A stretch of DNA of 64,000 nt from Blastocladiella emersonii ATCC 22665 (taxonomy: Eukaryota; Fungi; Blastocladiomycota): positions 186,001-250,000 of the forward strand of contig JANHCV010000017.1 in the NCBI GenBank assembly GCA_025594325.1, written 5' to 3'. This document shows, piece after piece, positions 11,277 through 22,479 of the stretch. How positions within the stretch are numbered: position 1 is the first letter of the stretch; every line of letters starts with the position of its first letter. Below the pieces are notes generated by a model. That model saw only the letters and a list, made by a program, of their open reading frames with translations. It searched no databases and was not told the DNA's origin. The translations under genes and the position numbers were made by a program.

Positions 11277-12989
11277 CTAGAGTGGTGCCGTGGGGCTCTT
11301 GGGGTCCCCTTTCCTTCCTGTCTGGCCTAGGTGGGTCGGCGGACGCAGCGCGCATGCGGGCAAGGTAACAACATTGCTCACGCAATGGATCATGTATTTT
11401 ATGGCAAGTAGTCTGCGAAGCAGAGACGGGGATGTCCGGCCCAATCGGACCCTCCACGGATCACAATATGCACGCAATGAATTGACTGATGATAGGGATG
11501 TACCAAACCAGCCACGTAGACAATTGTCGTGGTTGTCGAACAAAACCATATTCAAATCTTTGGCAACGCGCCTGTCCAGCTAGCCAGGGACCCATGAATC
11601 ACAGTATCGACCCAACAAGATATTAGACCATGGTAATATAGTAAACCAACCTCGTACATAATTGTCATGGTACTCAAACAAAACCATATTCAAGTCTTTG
11701 CTTTCCCGCATATCCAGCTGGCCAGGGACCCATAAATCACAGTATCGAACGAACAAGATATCTTACCATGGAAATATAGTTAACCAGCCACGCGGACAAT
11801 TGTCATGGTACTCAATCGAGACCACATTCAAGTCTTTGCTCTCCCGCATGTCAAGCTGGTTGAAGGCCCATTAATCACAGTATCGACCCAACAAGATATT
11901 TGACCATGGAAACATAGTAAACCAGCCACGCGGATAATTGTCATGGTACTCAATCAAAACCATATTCATATTTTTGCTTCCCCGTATGTCAAGCTGGTTG
12001 AAGACCCATAACTCACAGTATCGACCCAACAAGATATTTGACCATGGAAATATAGTTAACCAGCCACGCGGATAATTGTCATGGTACTCAATCAAAACCA
12101 TATTCATATTTTTGCTTCCCCGCATGTCAAGCTGGTTGAAGACCCATAAATCACAGTATCGAACCAACAAAATATCTGACCATGGAAATATAGTTAACCA
12201 GCCACGCGGACAATTGTCATGGTACTCAATCGAAACCACATTCAAGTCTTTGCTCTCCCGCATGTCAAGCTGGTTGAAGGCCCATAAATCACAGTATCGA
12301 CCCAACAAGATATTTGACCATGGAAATATAGTAAACCAGCCACGCGGATAATTGTCATGGTACTCAATCAAAACCATATTCAAGTCTTTGCTTTCCCGCA
12401 CGTCCAGCTGGTTGAAGGCCCATAAATCACAGTATCGACCCAACAAAGTATCTGACAACCGAAATATAGCAGACAATCCACGCAGACAATTGTCATGCCA
12501 CCTAATCAAAACCATATTCAAGTCTTTGCTTTCCCACATGTCAAGCTGGTTGAAGGCCCATAAATCACAGTATCGAACCAACGAAATATCTGACCATGGA
12601 AATATAGTAAAGCAGCCACGCAGATAATTGTCATGGTACTTAATCAAAACCATATTCATATTTTTGCTTCCCCGCATGTCAAGCTGGTTGAAGGCCCATA
12701 AATCACAGTATCGAACGAACAAGATATCTTACCATGGAAATATAGTTAACCAGCCACGCAAATGATTGTCATGCCACTTAATCAAAACCATACTCAAATG
12801 GTCGATTACCCTCACGTCCAAGCGGCCAAGGACCCAAACCGCCAGATACCCAAATCTACGACCACGTTGCGCACACTCCACTAGCCAACTCTTCGATCCC
12901 CTAATTATGGAGCCCGTCGTCAAAGTCCACGGTCCAATCAACGAGGTAAACAGCGAACTTGTCAAACTGCCAACCTGCCAACCAAACAC
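11277..12989 (-). pseudogene. Possible degenerate 46-aa-repeat coding sequence spanning the 138-bp cassette (one frame, four internal TAA/TAG; longest open part 11871-12722, 283 aa); counterpart in every unit
   Basis: ORFs 12729-12989, 11871-12722 and 11277-11555 share one frame. Repeat consensus RYCDLWAFNQLDMRGSKDLNMVLIEYHDNCPRGWLTIFPWSDILLV; no indels. No recognisable family, ATG context or splice model. Confidence 0.3.
11454..12838. repeat. 138-bp cassette containing the full ordered monomer set A-I plus edge J (U5)
   Basis: Monomer starts 11524, 11662, 11800, 11938, 12076, 12214, 12352, 12490, 12628, 12766. Confidence 0.95.
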
Positions 12990-13852
12990 CCACGCCGCTT
13001 CTCAAGCCACGGTGGGCCCGCGCATTTGCGTTGCCGTCCCAGCCAACGAAGGAATGACTGATGAGCCCTGGTAGCCTGCTAGACTGACAGCCTGACAGCG
13101 CCCGCTCAGTTGCTATTATCTATCTCGTAGGTAGTCTGGGAGGAGTTCGTTAGTCGATACGCGACCAGTCTCCTCCTGGCTGCCCGCTCTGCTGCCATCT
13201 CCAAGGCCCGCATGAAGATGGGCCAGGGAGGTTTACGAGCATTTCCTATCTCTCCTCTCTCCGTGTGAAACCATTCACCCGCGGACGGATGCGCACCACG
13301 CACCGTGCACCGCGCACCGCGCACCGCGCACCGCGCACCGCGCACCGCGCACAGCGCACCGCGGACAGCGCCCGATGCACCACACGCTGCGCACACGGCG
13401 CCAACGGCCACGCTGGTGTCACGCACACACACTCGCATGAACGGCAAGCAGGCAAGGCTTCCTCAACTCAACCATGATCCATCGTCCATGTCTGCTCGCT
13501 CCAACGGGTGCGCCTGCCTACCCTCCCAGTGCCATCGATTGATTGATTCATGTCCAGTGCTGCCCATGCTTTCATGGCCGCGGGGTCCGTCAGAACGCCT
13601 TGCAATGCGTGCGCCTGCATGCACCTGCACTGCAGAGCGCTGCAGAGGGCTGCACAGCGCTGCGGAGGGCTGCAGAGGGCTAAGGCGGCAGGGCTTCTCC
13701 TCCTGCAGGGGACAGTACCAAGGCCAAGGAGTGCTAGTGACTACTAACGGAATGGTGATTGGCCCCCTTCACACGCTCCTGGCAGGACTGCGTGTGGGCG
13801 TGCGGGCGTTTGTGCGTGCGTGCCTTGATTCGTCCACCATCATACGCGCAAA

Positions 13853-16631
13853 GTGACCAAGTGACCAAGTGACCAAGTGACCAAGGTGACCAAGGTGACC
13901 AAGGTGACCAAGGTGACCAAGGTGACCAAGTGACACACAAGCACCAAGCTAGGGTGGCCGGGCGGCCATGGAACGTACTGCATGGGAACCATTACCGTGG
14001 ACTGGCCGCGGCCATTTATCGCAGCACAGCCCTGCCTGGCTCAGGACGCGGCGGGCGTGGGAGGCAGGCAGGGTAGATCGGTAGCAGCAGCAGGACCTGG
14101 CTAGCTGGCTGTCAAACAACACAAGTGAAGGGGTGCGTGAGGGAGGGTGTGTTGAATGAATGGATGGGTGGATGCAGGCAGAGAGAGACCTTCATACGTG
14201 TCGTGGGTGATGAGGATTGGTTGGCCACCATCCACCAACGCCATGGCATGGCTGCGGGTGTCGCTGCGTGCGCCTTGGCGGGTGGTGTTGGTGGGTGGGT
14301 GGTCTTGGTGGGTGCTGTGGTGGTAGTGGAGCTAGAGTGGTGCCGTGGGGCTCTTGGGGTCCCCTTTCCTTCCTGTCTGGCCTAGGTGGGTCGGCGGACG
14401 CAGCGCGCATGCGGGCAAGGTAACAACATTGCTCACGCAATGGATCATGTATTTTATGGCAAGTAGTCTGCGAAGCAGAGACGGGGATGTCCGGCCCAAT
14501 CGGACCCTCCACGGATCACAATATGCACGCAATGAATTGACTGATGATAGGGATGTACCAAACCAGCCACGTAGACAATTGTCGTGGTTGTCGAACAAAA
14601 CCATATTCAAATCTTTGGCAACGCGCCTGTCCAGCTAGCCAGGGACCCATGAATCACAGTATCGACCCAACAAGATACTAGACCATGGTAATATAGTAAA
14701 CCAACCTCGTACATAATTGTCATGGTACTCAAACAAAACCATATTCAAGTCTTTGCTTTCCCGCATATCCAGCTGGCCAGGGACCCATAAATCACGGTAT
14801 CGAACGAACAAGATATCTTACCATGGAAATATAGTTAACCAGCCACGCGGACAATTGTCATGGTACTCAATCGAGACCACATTCAAGTCTTTGCTCTCCC
14901 GCATGTCAAGCTGGTTGAAGGCCCATTAATCACAGTATCGACCCAACAAGATATTTGACCATGGAAACATAGTAAACCAGCCACGCGGATAATTGTCATG
15001 GTACTCAATCAAAACCATATCCATATTTTTTTTTCCCCGTATGTCAAGCTGGTTGAAGACCCATAACTCACAGTATCGACCCAACAAGATATTTGACCAT
15101 GGAAACATAGTAAACCAGCCACGCGGATAATTGTCATGGTACTCAATCAAAACCATATTCAAGTCTTTGCTTTCCCGCACGTCCAGCTGGTTGAAGGCCC
15201 ATAAATCACAGTATCGACCCAACAAAGTATCTGACAACCGAAATATAGCAGACAATCCACGCAGACAATTGTCATGCCACCTAATCAAAACCATATTCAA
15301 GTCTTTGCTTTCCCACATGTCAAGCTGGTTGAAGGCCCATAAATCACAGTATCGAACCAACGAAATATCTGACCATGGAAATATAGTAAAGCAGCCACGC
15401 AGATAATTGTCATGGTACTTAATCAAAACCATATTCATATTTTTGCTTCCCCGCATGTCAAGCTGGTTGAAGGCCCATAAATCACAGTATCGAACGAACA
15501 AGATATCTTACCATGGAAATATAGTTAACCAGCCACGCAAATGATTGTCATGCCACTTAATCAAAACCATACTCAAATGGTCGATTACCCTCACGTCCAA
15601 GCGGCCAAGGACCCAAACCGCCAGATACCCAAATCTACGACCACGTTGCGCACACTCCACTAGCCAACTCTTCGATCCCCTAATTATGGAGCCCGTCGTC
15701 AAAGTCCACGGTCCAATCAACGAGGTAAACAGCGAACTTGTCAAACTGCCAACCTGCCAACCAAACACCCACGCCGCTTCTCAAGCCACGGTGGGCCCGC
15801 GCATTTGCGTTGCCGTCCCAGCCAACGAAGGAATGACTGATGAGCCCTGGTAGCCTGCTAGACTGACAGCCTGACAGCGCCCGCTCAGTTGCTATTATCT
15901 ATCTCGTAGGTAGTCTGGGAGGAGTTCGTTAGTCGATACGCGACCAGTCTCCTCCTGGCTGCCCGCTCTGCTGCCATCTCCAAGGCCCGCATGAAGATGG
16001 GCCAGGGAGGTTTACGAGCATTTCCTATCTCTCCTCTCTCCGTGTGAAACCATTCACCCGCGGACGGATGCGCACCACGCACCGTGCACCGCGCACCGCG
16101 CACCGCGCACCGCGCACCGCGCACCGCGCACAGCGCACCGCGGACAGCGCCCGATGCACCACACGCTGCGCACACGGCGCCAACGGCCACGCTGGTGTCA
16201 CGCACACACACTCGCATGAACGGCAAGCAGGCAAGGCTTCCTCAACTCAACCATGATCCATCGTCCATGTCTGCTCGCTCCAACGGGTGCGCCTGCCTAC
16301 CCTCCCAGTGCCATCGATTGATTGATTCATGTCCAGTGCTGCCCATGCTTTCATGGCCGCGGGGTCCGTCAGAACGCCTTGCAATGCGTGCGCCTGCATG
16401 CACCTGCACTGCAGAGCGCTGCAGAGGGCTGCACAGCGCTGCGGAGGGCTGCAGAGGGCTAAGGCGGCAGGGCTTCTCCTCCTGCAGGGGACAGTACCAA
16501 GGCCAAGGAGTGCTAGTGACTACTAACGGAATGGTGATTGGCCCCCTTCACACGCTCCTGGCAGGACTGCGTGTGGGCGTGCGGGCGTTTGTGCGTGCGT
16601 GCCTTGATTCGTCCACCATCATACGCGCAAA
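13853..16631. repeat. Unit U6, 2779 bp; same type as U4
   Basis: Same ORF translations and T9 variant (15026-15034) as U4. Confidence 0.93.
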
Positions 16632-19410
16632 GTGACCAAGTGACCAAGTGACCAAGTGACCAAGGTGACCAAGGTGACCAAGGTGACCAAGGTGACCAAG
16701 GTGACCAAGTGACACACAAGCACCAAGCTAGGGTGGCCGGGCGGCCATGGAACGTACTGCATGGGAACCATTACCGTGGACTGGCCGCGGCCATTTATCG
16801 CAGCACAGCCCTGCCTGGCTCAGGACGCGGCGGGCGTGGGAGGCAGGCAGGGTAGATCGGTAGCAGCAGCAGGACCTGGCTAGCTGGCTGTCAAACAACA
16901 CAAGTGAAGGGGTGCGTGAGGGAGGGTGTGTTGAATGAATGGATGGGTGGATGCAGGCAGAGAGAGACCTTCATACGTGTCGTGGGTGATGAGGATTGGT
17001 TGGCCACCATCCACCAACGCCATGGCATGGCTGCGGGTGTCGCTGCGTGCGCCTTGGCGGGTGGTGTTGGTGGGTGGGTGGTCTTGGTGGGTGCTGTGGT
17101 GGTAGTGGAGCTAGAGTGGTGCCGTGGGGCTCTTGGGGTCCCCTTTCCTTCCTGTCTGGCCTAGGTGGGTCGGCGGACGCAGCGCGCATGCGGGCAAGGT
17201 AACAACATTGCTCACGCAATGGATCATGTATTTTATGGCAAGTAGTCTGCGAAGCAGAGACGGGGATGTCCGGCCCAATCGGACCCTCCACGGATCACAA
17301 TATGCACGCAATGAATTGACTGATGATAGGGATGTACCAAACCAGCCACGTAGACAATTGTCGTGGTTGTCGAACAAAACCATATTCAAATCTTTGGCAA
17401 CGCGCCTGTCCAGCTAGCCAGGGACCCATGAATCACAGTATCGACCCAACAAGATACTAGACCATGGTAATATAGTAAACCAACCTCGTACATAATTGTC
17501 ATGGTACTCAAACAAAACCATATTCAAGTCTTTGCTTTCCCGCATATCCAGCTGGCCAGGGACCCATAAATCACGGTATCGAACGAACAAGATATCTTAC
17601 CATGGAAATATAGTTAACCAGCCACGCGGACAATTGTCATGGTACTCAATCGAGACCACATTCAAGTCTTTGCTCTCCCGCATGTCAAGCTGGTTGAAGG
17701 CCCATTAATCACAGTATCGACCCAACAAGATATTTGACCATGGAAACATAGTAAACCAGCCACGCGGATAATTGTCATGGTACTCAATCAAAACCATATC
17801 CATATTTTTTTTTCCCCGTATGTCAAGCTGGTTGAAGACCCATAACTCACAGTATCGACCCAACAAGATATTTGACCATGGAAACATAGTAAACCAGCCA
17901 CGCGGATAATTGTCATGGTACTCAATCAAAACCATATTCAAGTCTTTGCTTTCCCGCACGTCCAGCTGGTTGAAGGCCCATAAATCACAGTATCGACCCA
18001 ACAAAGTATCTGACAACCGAAATATAGCAGACAATCCACGCAGACAATTGTCATGCCACCTAATCAAAACCATATTCAAGTCTTTGCTTTCCCACATGTC
18101 AAGCTGGTTGAAGGCCCATAAATCACAGTATCGAACCAACGAAATATCTGACCATGGAAATATAGTAAAGCAGCCACGCAGATAATTGTCATGGTACTTA
18201 ATCAAAACCATATTCATATTTTTGCTTCCCCGCATGTCAAGCTGGTTGAAGGCCCATAAATCACAGTATCGAACGAACAAGATATCTTACCATGGAAATA
18301 TAGTTAACCAGCCACGCAAATGATTGTCATGCCACTTAATCAAAACCATACTCAAATGGTCGATTACCCTCACGTCCAAGCGGCCAAGGACCCAAACCGC
18401 CAGATACCCAAATCTACGACCACGTTGCGCACACTCCACTAGCCAACTCTTCGATCCCCTAATTATGGAGCCCGTCGTCAAAGTCCACGGTCCAATCAAC
18501 GAGGTAAACAGCGAACTTGTCAAACTGCCAACCTGCCAACCAAACACCCACGCCGCTTCTCAAGCCACGGTGGGCCCGCGCATTTGCGTTGCCGTCCCAG
18601 CCAACGAAGGAATGACTGATGAGCCCTGGTAGCCTGCTAGACTGACAGCCTGACAGCGCCCGCTCAGTTGCTATTATCTATCTCGTAGGTAGTCTGGGAG
18701 GAGTTCGTTAGTCGATACGCGACCAGTCTCCTCCTGGCTGCCCGCTCTGCTGCCATCTCCAAGGCCCGCATGAAGATGGGCCAGGGAGGTTTACGAGCAT
18801 TTCCTATCTCTCCTCTCTCCGTGTGAAACCATTCACCCGCGGACGGATGCGCACCACGCACCGTGCACCGCGCACCGCGCACCGCGCACCGCGCACCGCG
18901 CACCGCGCACAGCGCACCGCGGACAGCGCCCGATGCACCACACGCTGCGCACACGGCGCCAACGGCCACGCTGGTGTCACGCACACACACTCGCATGAAC
19001 GGCAAGCAGGCAAGGCTTCCTCAACTCAACCATGATCCATCGTCCATGTCTGCTCGCTCCAACGGGTGCGCCTGCCTACCCTCCCAGTGCCATCGATTGA
19101 TTGATTCATGTCCAGTGCTGCCCATGCTTTCATGGCCGCGGGGTCCGTCAGAACGCCTTGCAATGCGTGCGCCTGCATGCACCTGCACTGCAGAGCGCTG
19201 CAGAGGGCTGCACAGCGCTGCGGAGGGCTGCAGAGGGCTAAGGCGGCAGGGCTTCTCCTCCTGCAGGGGACAGTACCAAGGCCAAGGAGTGCTAGTGACT
19301 ACTAACGGAATGGTGATTGGCCCCCTTCACACGCTCCTGGCAGGACTGCGTGTGGGCGTGCGGGCGTTTGTGCGTGCGTGCCTTGATTCGTCCACCATCA
19401 TACGCGCAAA
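16632..19410. repeat. Unit U7, 2779 bp; same type as U4
   Basis: Same ORF translations and T9 variant as U4; J at 18324. Confidence 0.93.
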
Positions 19411-22400
19411 GTGACCAAGTGACCAAGTGACCAAGTGACCAAGGTGACCAAGGTGACCAAGGTGACCAAGGTGACCAAGGTGACCAAGTGACACACAAGC
19501 ACCAAGCTAGGGTGGCCGGGCGGCCATGGAACGTACTGCATGGGAACCATTACCGTGGACTGGCCGCGGCCATTTATCGCAGCACAGCCCTGCCTGGCTC
19601 AGGACGCGGCGGGCGTGGGAGGCAGGCAGGGTAGATCGGTAGCAGCAGCAGGACCTGGCTAGCTGGCTGTCAAACAACACAAGTGAAGGGGTGCGTGAGG
19701 GAGGGTGTGTTGAATGAATGGATGGGTGGATGCAGGCAGAGAGAGACCTTCATACGTGTCGTGGGTGATGAGGATTGGTTGGCCACCATCCACCAACGCC
19801 ATGGCATGGCTGCGGGTGTCGCTGCGTGCGCCTTGGCGGGTGGTGTTGGTGGGTGGGTGGTCTTGGTGGGTGCTGTGGTGGTAGTGGAGCTAGAGTGGTG
19901 CCGTGGGGCTCTTGGGGTCCCCTTTCCTTCCTGTCTGGCCTAGGTGGGTCGGCGGACGCAGCGCGCATGCGGGCAAGGTAACAACATTGCTCACGCAATG
20001 GATCATGTATTTTATGGCAAGTAGTCTGCGAAGCAGAGACGGGGATGTCCGGCCCAATCGGACCCTCCACGGATCACAATATGCACGCAATGAATTGACT
20101 GATGATAGGGATGTACCAAACCAGCCACGTAGACAATTGTCGTGGTTGTCGAACAAAACCATATTCAAATCTTTGGCAACGCGCCTGTCCAGCTAGCCAG
20201 GGACCCATGAATCACAGTATCGACCCAACAAGATATTAGACCATGGTAATATAGTAAACCAACCTCGTACATAATTGTCATGGTACTCAAACAAAACCAT
20301 ATTCAAGTCTTTGCTTTCCCGCATATCCAGCTGGCCAGGGACCCATAAATCACAGTATCGAACGAACAAGATATCTTACCATGGAAATATAGTTAACCAG
20401 CCACGCGGACAATTGTCATGGTACTCAATCGAGACCACATTCAAGTCTTTGCTCTCCCGCATGTCAAGCTGGTTGAAGGCCCATTAATCACAGTATCGAC
20501 CCAACAAGATATTTGACCATGGAAACATAGTAAACCAGCCACGCGGATAATTGTCATGGTACTCAATCAAAACCATATTCATATTTTTGCTTCCCCGTAT
20601 GTCAAGCTGGTTGAAGACCCATAACTCACAGTATCGACCCAACAAGATATTTGACCATGGAAATATAGTTAACCAGCCACGCGGATAATTGTCATGGTAC
20701 TCAATCAAAACCATATTCATATTTTTGCTTCCCCGCATGTCAAGCTGGTTGAAGACCCATAAATCACAGTATCGAACCAACAAAATATCTGACCATGGAA
20801 ATATAGTTAACCAGCCACGCGGACAATTGTCATGGTACTCAATCGAAACCACATTCAAGTCTTTGCTCTCCCGCATGTCAAGCTGGTTGAAGGCCCATAA
20901 ATCACAGTATCGACCCAACAAGATATTTGACCATGGAAATATAGTAAACCAGCCACGCGGATAATTGTCATGGTACTCAATCAAAACCATATTCAAGTCT
21001 TTGCTTTCCCGCACGTCCAGCTGGTTGAAGGCCCATAAATCACAGTATCGACCCAACAAAGTATCTGACAACCGAAATATAGCAGACAATCCACGCAGAC
21101 AATTGTCATGCCACCTAATCAAAACCATATTCAAGTCTTTGCTTTCCCACATGTCAAGCTGGTTGAAGGCCCATAAATCACAGTATCGAACCAACGAAAT
21201 ATCTGACCATGGAAATATAGTAAAGCAGCCACGCAGATAATTGTCATGGTACTTAATCAAAACCATATTCATATTTTTGCTTCCCCGCATGTCAAGCTGG
21301 TTGAAGGCCCATAAATCACAGTATCGAACGAACAAGATATCTTACCATGGAAATATAGTTAACCAGCCACGCAAATGATTGTCATGCCACTTAATCAAAA
21401 CCATACTCAAATGGTCGATTACCCTCACGTCCAAGCGGCCAAGGACCCAAACCGCCAGATACCCAAATCTACGACCACGTTGCGCACACTCCACTAGCCA
21501 ACTCTTCGATCCCCTAATTATGGAGCCCGTCGTCAAAGTCCACGGTCCAATCAACGAGGTAAACAGCGAACTTGTCAAACTGCCAACCTGCCAACCAAAC
21601 ACCCACGCCGCTTCTCAAGCCACGGTGGGCCCGCGCATTTGCGTTGCCGTCCCAGCCAACGAAGGAATGACTGATGAGCCCTGGTAGCCTGCTAGACTGA
21701 CAGCCTGACAGCGCCCGCTCAGTTGCTATTATCTATCTCGTAGGTAGTCTGGGAGGAGTTCGTTAGTCGATACGCGACCAGTCTCCTCCTGGCTGCCCGC
21801 TCTGCTGCCATCTCCAAGGCCCGCATGAAGATGGGCCAGGGAGGTTTACGAGCATTTCCTATCTCTCCTCTCTCCGTGTGAAACCATTCACCCGCGGACG
21901 GATGCGCACCACGCACCGTGCACCGCGCACCGCGCACCGCGCACCGCGCACCGTGCACCGCGCACCGCGCACCGCGCACAGCGCACCGCGGACAGCGCCC
22001 GATGCACCACACGCTGCGCACACGGCGCCAACGGCCACGCTGGTGTCACGCACACACACTCGCATGAACGGCAAGCAGGCAAGGCTTCCTCAACTCAACC
22101 ATGATCCATCGTCCATGTCTGCTCGCTCCAACGGGTGCGCCTGCCTACCCTCCCAGTGCCATCGATTGATTGATTCATGTCCAGTGCTGCCCATGCTTTC
22201 ATGGCCGCGGGGTCCGTCAGAACGCCTTGCAATGCGTGCGCCTGCATGCACCTGCACTGCAGAGCGCTGCAGAGGGCTGCACAGCGCTGCGGAGGGCTGC
22301 AGAGGGCTAAGGCGGCAGGGCTTCTCCTCCTGCAGGGGACAGTACCAAGGCCAAGGAGTGCTAGTGACTACTAACGGAATGGTGATTGGCCCCCTTCACA

Positions 22401-22479
22401 CGCTCCTGGCAGGACTGCGTGTGGGCGTGCGGGCGTTTGTGCGTGCGTGCCTTGATTCGTCCACCATCATACGCGCAAA
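19411..22479. repeat. Unit U8, 3069 bp; 9 monomers (F open); 12 heptamers
   Basis: 283-aa minus-strand ORF 20484-21335; J at 21379. Confidence 0.93.

Larger units (their letters stand above)
10798..13852. repeat. Unit U5, 3055 bp; A-B-C-D-E-F-G-H-I (9, F open); 10 heptamers
   Basis: Monomer starts 11524-12628, J at 12766; carries the 283-aa minus-strand ORF. Confidence 0.93.
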
